A stretch of 64,000 bases of DNA, from the IMG/VR virus record IMGVR_UViG_3300032323_002950, positions 1-64,000 of that record, one strand, 5' to 3'. Shown here piece by piece: positions 1 to 9,775 of this stretch (position 1 is the stretch's first letter; every line of letters begins with the position of its first letter). The notes beneath the pieces are model-generated. The model was not told the DNA's origin and ran no database searches. It saw nothing but the letters and a program-made list of their open reading frames with translations. The DNA is from a virus. The position numbers were made by a program, and so were the translations under genes.

Positions 1-500
1 TGAAACCAATTAGAAGGTCTTTGAGAAAAACTTTTGTTATCAGGTAATAAAATAGGGGTCAATAATGAATTAGATGAATTGATTGTTTTTTTAACATCAT
101 AATAGTCTGAACCAACTCCTTCATCCCAATTTTGATAGGTACCTGTACTTCCCGATGTTTTTGGTATTCTAAACAAAAATAAATCAAACGAAGTTGCTCT
201 TAATCTACCATCAGATGTTTCAGTATTTAATAAACCATCATCAAAACTAGATGTGTTAGTCATTTTAAGTTTATGCGACATTGGTGTAACAGTACATGCG
301 GTTGAGATAGTTGTACCTGTGTACTTATCAATTAAACTTGTTAAATCCAAATCAAATATAAATCTACTAAATCCTGGTGATGAAATTCCATCCTCAGAAC
401 TACCAAAATAAAGTTGAGTATATGGGGCTCTACCAGTATTAGTAAAACTATTATAGAGTATTGTATTATTCTTTTTAAAATATGAAAAATGAACTGACAT
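1..500 (-). CDS. Putative virion structural protein, 5' part (runs off window start)
   Basis: Not in ORF track. ATG at 500, open to base 1 (MSVHFSYFKKNNTILYNSFTNTGRAPYTQLYFG...SRFIFDLDL...NWDEGVG); preceded by TATTTAT motif; follows the spike gene. Confidence 0.65.
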   Translation of the reverse strand, partial: MSVHFSYFKKNNTILYNSFTNTGRAPYTQLYFGSSEDGISSPGFSRFIFDLDLTSLIDKYTGTTISTACTVTPMSHKLKMTNTSSFDDGLLNTETSDGRLRATSFDLFLFRIPKTSGSTGTYQNWDEGVGSDYYDVKKTINSSNSLLTPILLPDNKSFSQRPSNWF

Positions 501-520
501 TATCTTTTATTAAATAAATA

Positions 521-2104
521 TCAATTAATTCGAATATTTGGGTTTAAAACTTTACTGTTAAATTGGGCAAGTTCTGCAGTAATGTCATTTTTAGTTATTG
601 ATTGAGCCTCATTATATGGGGGAAGTTGAGAAAACGGATGACTATGATTGACTAAAAATTGTACAATCATATCTAAAAGTTCTTTTAAACTCTCACCCCT
701 AACCATAGATTGTGTTTTTGGATAAATCTCATCAACTATTGTGTCAGATGAAATACCGTAAAAATCTTTCTTTTTTAATTGTATTCCCTCTTTTTGACTT
801 TGTAGTTTTGTATCGTGACTTAATAAATAAACATAGTTACTTGCAAATAATGTTGCACTTGTTGGTTTATTATCGTATTTGTGTGCGGGATTTTTTTCTT
901 TAACTTTTTTAGTTCCCTGTCCAAATTTATTTTTACCTCTAACCAACCCAAATCCTGAAATATTAAGTGACCCACTTAATTTGATATCACTATATATTGA
1001 TATTGTATTTGCCTTTTTAAGAAAGTCTGTTGGATTATTAAGTGGGTTTGCTAATGAAGATAAAATGTCTCTTAAATTAATTGACGGACGATAAAAAAAT
1101 GGGAATATTGGTTCTGTTGGTGTGTATGTTGTTTTGTTCTCATCGTTTAATTCAATTAGTCCATCATTTAATCCTTGTAAAATATTACTAACAAACTCAG
1201 ACGCTCCTGAGGCAGGTAAACCTGTAAATGTAAATTCTTTAATTGGGGCTTTTACTTGTGATGGGATGGGTGTTAAAAATCCAAATAAATTTTGCGCCAT
1301 TTCTTTTAACGAGGGGACATTATAAATTTTTACACTTCCGTCATAAGAATCTACCCCATCCTCCAAACCTGATGTAATATCATACTCAACAATCTTGGAA
1401 ATTGGTGAGGTTTCAGGAACATTATTAACAATTTCATTGTCTTTAATTTTAACTTTATTACCATCAAAATGAGACAACTGAATAAACCCCATTTTTTCAT
1501 TTATTTCAGGAACCTCTTTGTTTTCCATATTTAGACAACTACCTGACCTAAATAATATGTCATTCTTTTTTAATATAATATTGGTAGTTCCTTTACCATA
1601 GATTGCGTTGTCCTGGGGTTCGGCAAAACAACCAAAACATTTTTTATTATTATATTCGTTATTTCTATTTTTAAGAGGTTTTCTAGATGAGAAATTAATA
1701 CCTTCCGCTAAATTTCCTTTTGTTTTACTTGCGGTTTCAGATGCGATATTTTGTATCGAATGTTTTGGTGATGGAATATAGTATTGATTTTTTCTACCTG
1801 TATTATCTTCTTTATTTGAATAAATTAATAAACAAAGGTCATTAACTTCTGGTTGGAAACTAAGTGACGATGTCCCAAACTGTTGAAAAACAAATGGGTC
1901 ATTGTTTGTATAATAAAGTTGTTGATTAATATCTCTCTTGTCAGGCGAATAAAATTGTTTTTCAGTAAGTCCTGATTTTTTGAAATATTCACTAAGTAAT
2001 GCTTGAACGTCCTCAGCTTGGTCAGGTATAATCCTAACCATACCGGTAACATATATATCCTGATTATTAACTACTTTACCTGTATATAATATTTTTTTAT
2101 CCAT
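521..2104 (-). CDS. Baseplate central spike-like protein (gpV/gp138/gp5-type)
   Basis: N-terminal OB-fold-like segment (FQPEVNDLCLLIY); C-terminal VRGESLKELL...NHSHP with the HxH motif typical of spike tips. Confidence 0.55.
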   Translation of the reverse strand: MDKKILYTGKVVNNQDIYVTGMVRIIPDQAEDVQALLSEYFKKSGLTEKQFYSPDKRDINQQLYYTNNDPFVFQQFGTSSLSFQPEVNDLCLLIYSNKEDNTGRKNQYYIPSPKHSIQNIASETASKTKGNLAEGINFSSRKPLKNRNNEYNNKKCFGCFAEPQDNAIYGKGTTNIILKKNDILFRSGSCLNMENKEVPEINEKMGFIQLSHFDGNKVKIKDNEIVNNVPETSPISKIVEYDITSGLEDGVDSYDGSVKIYNVPSLKEMAQNLFGFLTPIPSQVKAPIKEFTFTGLPASGASEFVSNILQGLNDGLIELNDENKTTYTPTEPIFPFFYRPSINLRDILSSLANPLNNPTDFLKKANTISIYSDIKLSGSLNISGFGLVRGKNKFGQGTKKVKEKNPAHKYDNKPTSATLFASNYVYLLSHDTKLQSQKEGIQLKKKDFYGISSDTIVDEIYPKTQSMVRGESLKELLDMIVQFLVNHSHPFSQLPPYNEAQSITKNDITAELAQFNSKVLNPNIRIN

Positions 2105-2300
2105 TACCAGTTCTATTATTATATTCTTTTAAAATTTTATTATAATTTGATTCGACATTATCTAAGTGTTTAGATAATTTAATTATTAATTTTTTTGTCT
2201 CTTCAAATTCTAATCCTAACCCTTTTAAAGTGTACTCCAAATCTTTATTTGATTTGTTTTTAAAATCTAAAATAGTATCTTCAATTATTTTTTTATCCAT
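2097..2300 (-). CDS. Small coiled-coil hypothetical protein
   Basis: ORF track; start moved to ATG 2300, directly after the upstream stop. Confidence 0.6.
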   Translation of the reverse strand: MDKKIIEDTILDFKNKSNKDLEYTLKGLGLEFEETKKLIIKLSKHLDNVESNYNKILKEYNNRTGNG

Positions 2301-2301
2301 A

Positions 2302-4287
2302 TTATAAAAATTTACCACCTAATTTAACAACGGTAGGAGTTCCTGGCGGTGGTGATGTAAGTACCGCAGCACCACTCATTTTACCATTTTGTATCATTTC
2401 TTTATGAAATGCACTCATAATTGAAAAGTCTTTCATTAATTCTAAATTAGGACTTCCATCAGGACCTGGTCCCGTAGGAAGTCCTAATTTTTCCATATTT
2501 TCAATATGATTAACAAATGCCCTTGTTGGTGAAAATCCTGGCAACAAATCTGTTAGAAGTAATAACGGTGTTGGGATAAAATTAGACGCGGCATTTTTTG
2601 CCAAATTTAAAAGTGCTAAAATACCATCGATGATACTTTTACATCGTTTATAATCTTTAATTAATGCTGCAACAATTAACGTTAGTGAAACTAATTGCTC
2701 AACAATTATATATACTGATGCGGTGGCATCTCCACTTATATCAATGTATAATGCTTTGACTAAATTTTTAATATCTTTTTTTATTTCTGTATATAAAATT
2801 TTAATAAAGTGAGCCATTATTTTTGATGTTATACATTCAAAAAATTTTCTAAACTCTCTCATAAAATCCTCTCTACTATTAATTTTAAATTCTCCAAAAT
2901 CAATATTGAGAGCCTTTAACATTATAAATAGTGGTAAAATTTGTTTTGGACCCATTACTGACATAGTTACAGATAATGGAAATTCAGATATTATTCTACT
3001 TAAAAATGATATTTTTAATCTATTTGGATAAGGAAATGTAAGTGACCATGACGGGTCAGTAGAAAGTGTTGTTATAATTGTGTTAGATAAATAATTTTCA
3101 ATGTTAGTCTCAGTTACGGACTCATTCAAAGAATATAAGTAATCTAATTGTTCATCGGCAATTGGTAATTCAACTTTGTCACAATTTTCAAATACAACAA
3201 CCCCCTTCCTTATTAATGCATTTTTTGCCTCAATAAAAATTTCTTGGTTATAAGTTAAATCAAAAAAACGATTTGATGTATCATCTAATTCAGGTAATTT
3301 TGAATTACCGGCAACTGATATCTCAGTATCATTATCATAACATTGTCCTAATATCCTTTGGACAAATAGTCCAAATTTAGTTTTATCTGTTAATGTTTTT
3401 GTACCATATTTTAAATCAATATCAACCATATTGAATTGATTGTCCAATAAAACATTAAAAAATGATTTAATATCAAAAACATCTATTGTGTTATAATAAC
3501 TTTTTAAAAAATCGTGAACTTTAAATTTATTTTCAAATTGACCAATAGAGTTTATTGGTTTTTTAAATTTAACCTCAAAAAAATCACCAAAGATTTGTCC
3601 ACCATCTGCATCAAAAAAATTATCAACATATCTAATGTCAAATAATTTTTGGTTATTACTTCCATTGTAAACTCCATTATATAAATCAAACATCCAAATA
3701 TCTTTGTTCTGTAGTAAATTCCAAAGTAAACTATTCGTACTTTTAGGTGATGAATTTATCTGAGTTGAATTAAATGGTATTCTTTCGTACCTTACTTTAC
3801 CTGTTCGTGAGTTTGGGTTTATTTTTAAAATTTGTTGAAAATCTAATCCTTGTATTCTAACAAAAACAGAGTTACCATTTTCATTCGTAGGGTCATCGTT
3901 ACCTATTGAGTATTCTGACTCGTAGTCACAATTTAATCTTTCTAAAATACAACTTATAAAAATGTCTTTTAATTGAGGTCTTAGAATTTTAAATGATTTT
4001 ATAAATTTAGTTAAAAGAAATGATAGGGTTGCTTGTCCTGGTTGTTGTGAGTTAGTGTACATATTAATCAATTTATCTAATTGATTAAACGCTTCATTTT
4101 TTGCATATGAAAATGACTCACCGGGATTTGTAGATATCGTATTTTTTAAATCGTCAGTTTTTTGTACTAAATCACTTTGTGCGGATTTTAATCTTTTTTT
4201 GATTTCACTTCTAGAATCTTTATAAGTGTTGTACGATTTAATTTTACTATTTGCATCATTAAAACTTTGATTTAAATCTAATGACAT
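2302..4287 (-). CDS. Hypothetical phage protein (661 aa), probably structural
   Basis: Long ORF tightly packed in a late-motif operon with the spike gene. Confidence 0.55.
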   Translation of the reverse strand: MSLDLNQSFNDANSKIKSYNTYKDSRSEIKKRLKSAQSDLVQKTDDLKNTISTNPGESFSYAKNEAFNQLDKLINMYTNSQQPGQATLSFLLTKFIKSFKILRPQLKDIFISCILERLNCDYESEYSIGNDDPTNENGNSVFVRIQGLDFQQILKINPNSRTGKVRYERIPFNSTQINSSPKSTNSLLWNLLQNKDIWMFDLYNGVYNGSNNQKLFDIRYVDNFFDADGGQIFGDFFEVKFKKPINSIGQFENKFKVHDFLKSYYNTIDVFDIKSFFNVLLDNQFNMVDIDLKYGTKTLTDKTKFGLFVQRILGQCYDNDTEISVAGNSKLPELDDTSNRFFDLTYNQEIFIEAKNALIRKGVVVFENCDKVELPIADEQLDYLYSLNESVTETNIENYLSNTIITTLSTDPSWSLTFPYPNRLKISFLSRIISEFPLSVTMSVMGPKQILPLFIMLKALNIDFGEFKINSREDFMREFRKFFECITSKIMAHFIKILYTEIKKDIKNLVKALYIDISGDATASVYIIVEQLVSLTLIVAALIKDYKRCKSIIDGILALLNLAKNAASNFIPTPLLLLTDLLPGFSPTRAFVNHIENMEKLGLPTGPGPDGSPNLELMKDFSIMSAFHKEMIQNGKMSGAAVLTSPPPGTPTVVKLGGKFL

Positions 4288-4288
4288 A

Positions 4289-4654
4289 TTATTTCATACT
4301 AAAATTTTGATTATCAGAATCGATATCTTTTGCAATTAGACCCTGTAATAAACTGTCGTCCATTTCAGAAATATCAAAATCTTCATCTTTTAAGTTTTGT
4401 TTTTCCCATATAGATGATTGTAATTTGGATAACTGTAGTTTCTTATCAACACAATCGTTAATTATTTTTTGTTGTTTTTCAATTACAGGACCAATTAAAG
4501 TCATATCCTCAGGTTCTTTCATCATAGAAACCATTTTATTTTGAATTCTAATTGCAGTAGACCTCTGCTCAACAAGTTCATTATAAATTTCTTGCATTAA
4601 AGTCAAAATAGAATCTTTTGTAAAATTAATTTCCTTTCTTTTTGGTTTACTCAT
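4289..4654 (-). CDS. Hypothetical helical protein (121 aa)
   Basis: ORF track; TATTTAT 4 nt upstream of ATG. Confidence 0.6.
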   Translation of the reverse strand: MSKPKRKEINFTKDSILTLMQEIYNELVEQRSTAIRIQNKMVSMMKEPEDMTLIGPVIEKQQKIINDCVDKKLQLSKLQSSIWEKQNLKDEDFDISEMDDSLLQGLIAKDIDSDNQNFSMK

Positions 4655-4672
4655 ATTAATAAATATCTTTTT

Positions 4673-5419
4673 TTAATTTTCATCAATTTTAATGATATTT
4701 AAATACAGTTTTTTGTATCTTTTCATCGACGCTCTAATTTCCTTAGTCGACAGATTTGTCATTTCCCTCAGAGAAAGTAAGATTACATTTTTGTTGAATT
4801 TGTTATTATCCGTTGCTGGGAAAATAGTTTTGTAGTTTTCAAAAATGTCACACAATGATAATCCTAATTTATATTCGTTGTCATTTAAATCCTCTTCTTC
4901 TAAAACAACCTTAACACTATCTAAAATAATCTGTATATAGTTTTCATCCTCAGCAGGCTCATCGTCTAGATAGTAAACCATGTTTGGATTATTTTCTAAA
5001 TCACTACTAATGTCTTCGTAAGATATTTTTCTATTTGTTTCTTTTTGGTCTTTTAATATTTGACCCATAAGATAATTTTTACAAATAGTTCCAAAATACG
5101 AGTAAGCCTTTTTTTCTTTACTAGGTACAAACTTATCGACCTTTGTCATTAGAAATGAATGAGTGTCAGTATGAATCTCAATGAAATCCATATCTTTCCT
5201 ATATAACTTGTATCTTCTAATGATTGATGAAATCATTTTATCTAACGGCTCCCTTAAAAAGTCATTATAAATCTTATTTTTTTCATCAAAAGTAGTAGCG
5301 GTCAGATACATTCTGACCGCCGTCTCTTCTCTTACATCGAAATAGTTTTCACCTGATTTTTTTTTTATTTTTTTGGGTGAAATTACTGTTTCATTTACTG
5401 ATGTTGCAGTTATTATCAT
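4673..5419 (-). CDS. Putative phage sigma factor (T4 gp55-like / sigma70 region 2)
   Basis: KVDKFVPSKEKKAYSYFGTICKNYL resembles sigma region 2.3-2.4; C-terminal helix-turn-helix-like LREMTNLSTKEIRASMKR. Confidence 0.55.
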   Translation of the reverse strand: MIITATSVNETVISPKKIKKKSGENYFDVREETAVRMYLTATTFDEKNKIYNDFLREPLDKMISSIIRRYKLYRKDMDFIEIHTDTHSFLMTKVDKFVPSKEKKAYSYFGTICKNYLMGQILKDQKETNRKISYEDISSDLENNPNMVYYLDDEPAEDENYIQIILDSVKVVLEEEDLNDNEYKLGLSLCDIFENYKTIFPATDNNKFNKNVILLSLREMTNLSTKEIRASMKRYKKLYLNIIKIDEN

Positions 5420-6222
5420 TAAACATTTTCAGTATATTTTATGTCCCTATCGGATGTGAAAAAATATTCTTTTTTTGCTGCTGACACCCAAAACTTTACC
5501 TCAGATTCTGATAATTTTTGTGAACCGTTTTTATATTCCCAAAACAAAGAGTCTTGTCTCAAATTAGTATGTTTATAACCTAATTTTGGGATTGTCATAA
5601 TTTTAACAGAGTTATATGTCATTCTTAATAAAAATTCATAACCAAACGTTAATTTCATAGATGGTTTAAAACCTCCAAAGTCTTCAATTGATGACTTTTT
5701 AATTACCATTCCCGAAATTTGAAAATTCTGATATTGGTGTAGAGTGTCATTTGTTAATATACCTGACTCTTGTGAAAAATTATTTGCAAAAGTTGCCTCA
5801 TTTGTAAAACCAGCAAACACTAATTTATCATCAACGTCAACAACGATTGGTAAAAATGCATCCACATCAGTATAAACATCTGAGTATTTTTTTACATTTT
5901 TAAACCATATTTTAGAAAACTCGTCATCAAATTCTAAAATACTAACCCATTCAGATGATGAATTCTCAATCCCGAAATTGACCTGACTTCCAAAATTAGA
6001 TTCTCCTTCATATTTTAATACTTTAACATTTAGTTCTTTAAAATCATATGAATTTAAAAATTCAACTAATGTTTCGTCACCTGTGTGAACAATCACTAAT
6101 TCTTTTGGTTGAACTTCCTGAATTTGTAAAGACTCAATTGATTTACCGAAGAACTCGACAAAGTCTTTCTCTTTATTGTTTTTAATTGGTAATATTACCG
6201 ATATGTTTAAATAGTTTTCCAT
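5419..6222 (-). CDS. GT2-like glycosyltransferase (GT-A fold)
   Basis: ISVILPI start, NFGIE..SEWVSILEFDD acidic motif, YEFLLR. Confidence 0.75.
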   Translation of the reverse strand: MENYLNISVILPIKNNKEKDFVEFFGKSIESLQIQEVQPKELVIVHTGDETLVEFLNSYDFKELNVKVLKYEGESNFGSQVNFGIENSSSEWVSILEFDDEFSKIWFKNVKKYSDVYTDVDAFLPIVVDVDDKLVFAGFTNEATFANNFSQESGILTNDTLHQYQNFQISGMVIKKSSIEDFGGFKPSMKLTFGYEFLLRMTYNSVKIMTIPKLGYKHTNLRQDSLFWEYKNGSQKLSESEVKFWVSAAKKEYFFTSDRDIKYTENV

Positions 6223-6224
6223 AA

Positions 6225-7283
6225 TTACACTGTTTCTTGTTTAATTTTATTTAATTCCATTTCAAAATTTGAACTTCTGATTTGTTGGTAACGTTCAAAA
6301 ATACTTACAACTGACTTTTCAAATTTTTCAGAACTCTGATATTTTTTAGCTGTGTTAATAGACTTTTCATACAACTGTTCTGAAATGTTATCTTCTAACC
6401 AATTTTGAATATATTCAGCAATAATATCAACTAACTTATATTGTTCTAATGTCCAAATACCGTTATCCTCTGACATCCATTCAGGTTGAATAGAAGGAGC
6501 TAAACCAATAACAGGAACTCCACAAGACATACTTTCAATTGGGAAAGTACCAAAGCTGCTAGTTTTATCAATCCATACACATCCCATTGATTCTTTAATT
6601 CCATTTGCAAATTGTGAAATTGACATACCTCTCATGTCTCTAAACGATATCCATCTATATTGAGGGTATTTTACATAGAAATTTTTAATTAAATTAACAG
6701 TATCTCTTTGCTCTCTTGAATGTACAGATATAACAGGTTTTGCGGGGTACTTTGACACTGTAAAGTCATTAGTGATGAATGGTTCGATAATGTCAATTGA
6801 AACTCCTCTCATAGTTTGAGAAATTTGAGTTTTTAATTTCTCACTTGTTGTAATACATTTTGTAAACCCTAATTGAGACCATGTTTGACCTGGCTCCAAA
6901 GTTTCAAATATATAGTCATAAGACTGACAAAGTACAATTTTTGCACAAGGTAAATTTGAAATTTGGGACATCACATATCCAAAAATTTCAGGAACAATAA
7001 TTGTGTCCTCAGGAGAAATTGCTAAATTCTGACCTTCAACATACTGATGAGGTAATTTTGACATGTATTCTTCTCCAAGCCAAGAATCAACACCAAAATA
7101 ATCTGATTTTTCATGTAGAATAATTGAGTTATATCCTGACTCTTTTAAAGTTAATGCCAAATCATAGGTGTATTTAACCGATGCCTTAGCATTTCCCTTT
7201 GTGTCCATTACAAAAAAATAAATTCTGGCAGATTTATTTTTAAGGTTCCCAATAGACAACTCTAATTTTTGTATTGTTTCCAT
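6225..7283 (-). CDS. GT4-like glycosyltransferase (GT-B fold)
   Basis: IIVPE motif; SSFGTFPIESMSCGVPVIG matches the GT4 ExFG..EAMA.G.PV signature. Confidence 0.7.
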   Translation of the reverse strand: METIQKLELSIGNLKNKSARIYFFVMDTKGNAKASVKYTYDLALTLKESGYNSIILHEKSDYFGVDSWLGEEYMSKLPHQYVEGQNLAISPEDTIIVPEIFGYVMSQISNLPCAKIVLCQSYDYIFETLEPGQTWSQLGFTKCITTSEKLKTQISQTMRGVSIDIIEPFITNDFTVSKYPAKPVISVHSREQRDTVNLIKNFYVKYPQYRWISFRDMRGMSISQFANGIKESMGCVWIDKTSSFGTFPIESMSCGVPVIGLAPSIQPEWMSEDNGIWTLEQYKLVDIIAEYIQNWLEDNISEQLYEKSINTAKKYQSSEKFEKSVVSIFERYQQIRSSNFEMELNKIKQETV

Positions 7284-7561
7284 TATATATCGTATTTTTT
7301 AATAATTTTATTTTGTAATAGTGTGTTAAAAGAAATTTTAAATGGAATTGTAGTCCCATTAGATGATTGTAATCCTAAACTATCATCAACTTCTTCACGT
7401 TCAGTTAGAACTGTCTCTAACATCATTTTAATTATGTCATATTTAACAAATTTAATTTGTTGTTCAGATGACCCTCCTGATAATTGGATAATTTCCAAAT
7501 TCACTACATTTTCGATTTCATCTAAATCAACATAGTAATGATTATTGAATAGTTTTAACAT
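7283..7561 (-). CDS. Hypothetical protein (92 aa)
   Basis: ORF overlapping neighbours on both sides in the operon. Confidence 0.55.
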   Translation of the reverse strand: MLKLFNNHYYVDLDEIENVVNLEIIQLSGGSSEQQIKFVKYDIIKMMLETVLTEREEVDDSLGLQSSNGTTIPFKISFNTLLQNKIIKKYDI

Positions 7562-8156
7562 TATTTGTTTCTTTAATTACTTTGGATAATTCTGATAATG
7601 AATTAATTTCCAAAGAGTGGTTTATTTTAGTATTATACTCAGTATTAAATTTAATAATATTTAAATCATTTTTGTAGTCAATAATAATACTTGGATTTGA
7701 CGTAATTAAAGTGTCAAATTGAGATAAAACTTCTTTTTTATTTTTCTCATTATAAAAAATATAATTTTCAATTAAACAACTAAACTTTGATAAGAAAAAC
7801 AATGTTGCTGGTTTTGATTTACCCACCTCATCCGATATGATATAAATTTCGTTATCGTATTTAAATTCATTATAAAAATCATTTAAATAATTAAACGTCA
7901 TCATTTCAGTTGACATTGCGTGACCAAATATTTCCATAGGACAATCCTCATACATGAACTCAATTAACTCTTCATCGTCTTTAAAAGAGAAATGATTTTT
8001 TAGTACGGGGGTATCAATTGGTTCTAAAATTTTATATTCAAATTCAGAACCCTCATTTAAATTATACTCATTTGGCATTAAGAATTTTTCATAACACATT
8101 TTAAATTTACCAATAGTGTCACGAAGAACTCCATTAATCTCAATCCCTATCTTCAT
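7542..8156 (-). CDS. HAD-family 5'(3')-deoxyribonucleotidase-like protein with degenerate motif I
   Basis: MKIGIEINGVLRD versus the canonical IGIDIDGVL; overall layout similar to phage NT5C proteins. Confidence 0.55.
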   Translation of the reverse strand: MKIGIEINGVLRDTIGKFKMCYEKFLMPNEYNLNEGSEFEYKILEPIDTPVLKNHFSFKDDEELIEFMYEDCPMEIFGHAMSTEMMTFNYLNDFYNEFKYDNEIYIISDEVGKSKPATLFFLSKFSCLIENYIFYNEKNKKEVLSQFDTLITSNPSIIIDYKNDLNIIKFNTEYNTKINHSLEINSLSELSKVIKETNNVKTIQ

Positions 8157-8871
8157 ATCTTTTTAATAGTTCTGTTATTATTGGATTTCTAACAACATCC
8201 TCATCTCCAAATTGATGAACTCCAACTTCGGACATATTTTTCAATCTTTCCAAAGCGTCCCAAAGACCCGAGTGTTTTTTATCTTTATATCGGTCAGTTT
8301 GTTCCAAATCCCCTGATATAAAAAATTTACTATCGGTACCAATGCGAGTTAATAACAATTTCATTTGTTTTGGAGTTGCGTTTTGAGCTTCTTCAAAAAT
8401 TAAAATAGAGTTATCAATATTCATCCCTCTCATATATGCCAATGCGAATACCTCAATGACTTCCATTGCTTTTAATTTTTCACGAGCTTCCTTACCTATG
8501 ATTTTATTTAATAAGTAATATGATGGGAAGATATAAGGGTCTAATTTTTCCTCAACATTACCAGGTAATGAACCTAATTTTTCTTCCGCCTCAACTGCTG
8601 GTCTTACAATAATAATTTTCTCATATGGAGAATCGTGTTCGGCAAGTAAATCTACCGCCGCCTTCATTGCAATAAAACTCTTACCAACTCCTGCAGGTCC
8701 TGAACAAATAGTAATTTGATTCCTTCTTAATTTATCGTAATATTCTCTTTGACTTTGAGTTAAAAATTTGTCTTTTCCTTTTTTTATAATTCTACAAATT
8801 TGGTCTTTCTTTGAGATTTTAATTTCTCCCCCGAAATCTATGGGGTCTTTAGTTGTTTTTTTTCTTGTCAT
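8140..8871 (-). CDS. phoH: PhoH-family ATPase
   Basis: GPAGVGKS Walker A, RPAVEAEEKLGSLPG, AYMRG, EEAQN, GDLEQTD, VVRNP. Confidence 0.93.
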   Translation of the reverse strand: MTRKKTTKDPIDFGGEIKISKKDQICRIIKKGKDKFLTQSQREYYDKLRRNQITICSGPAGVGKSFIAMKAAVDLLAEHDSPYEKIIIVRPAVEAEEKLGSLPGNVEEKLDPYIFPSYYLLNKIIGKEAREKLKAMEVIEVFALAYMRGMNIDNSILIFEEAQNATPKQMKLLLTRIGTDSKFFISGDLEQTDRYKDKKHSGLWDALERLKNMSEVGVHQFGDEDVVRNPIITELLKRYEDRD

Positions 8872-9775
8872 TAATTTCTTTTTTTAACCATTCTTGAACT
8901 TTTAATTCGGGTTCCCACCCAAGTGTTTTTTTTATTTTTTCATTATTACATAATGTTAAAAACGGTTCAATTCTATGACCAATATTAATTGTTGGGTGAT
9001 TAAAGTAACTAGCAATTTCATTCACTGAAATATTACCTCCTGAACCAACGTTAAACACATTAAAATTTCCAGTATCTGAAATACAGGATAAATAATTTGC
9101 CCTAACAACATCATTAACATGAATAAAATCTCTTCTTTGATTACCGTCATTAGTTATGGTAAGAGGTAAATTTAAATCGTATTGTTCTCTAAACACAGAT
9201 ATTACAGATTTATATGCCCCATGGTTAGTCATCCTATTCCCAAAGACATTAAAATATCTTAAACATACCCCATTAATACCGAAAATTTTTGTATATAATT
9301 CTATATATTTTTCAGACATAAGTTTTTGTAATCCGTAAGGTGATAATATATTTAAATCGCAATTTTCATCTGTTGGGTATTTTTCATTATTCCCATAAAC
9401 TGCCGATGTACTTGAAAAAACTATTTTTTTTATTTTAGTACCTCTCATAGCTTCTAAAATATTAAGAGTTGTTTGGAAGTTACTATCATGACTATCTAAT
9501 GGAAAATCAATTGACCCCTGAACATTTGGAGTTGCTGCCATATGAATAAGGTAATCATAGTGATTACATAAATGTCTGATTTTTTCAATATTTTGTTTAT
9601 CTGAAATATCTAAATTATAAAAAATTGTTTTTTTATTTAAATTTTTAATATCACCTGTACTTAAATTATCGATAATTACAACATCATGTCCTAATGAAAT
9701 TAAATAATCTGACATGTTAGACCCTATAAACCCAGCACCTCCACAAACTATAAATTTTAAATTATTTTTTTCCAT
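8849..9775 (-). CDS. NAD-dependent NDP-sugar epimerase/dehydratase (extended SDR)
   Basis: GGAGFIGS, SSTSAVYG, YGLQK (YxxxK), LRYFNVFG, RDFIHVND. Confidence 0.9.
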   Translation of the reverse strand: MEKNNLKFIVCGGAGFIGSNMSDYLISLGHDVVIIDNLSTGDIKNLNKKTIFYNLDISDKQNIEKIRHLCNHYDYLIHMAATPNVQGSIDFPLDSHDSNFQTTLNILEAMRGTKIKKIVFSSTSAVYGNNEKYPTDENCDLNILSPYGLQKLMSEKYIELYTKIFGINGVCLRYFNVFGNRMTNHGAYKSVISVFREQYDLNLPLTITNDGNQRRDFIHVNDVVRANYLSCISDTGNFNVFNVGSGGNISVNEIASYFNHPTINIGHRIEPFLTLCNNEKIKKTLGWEPELKVQEWLKKEINDKKKNN

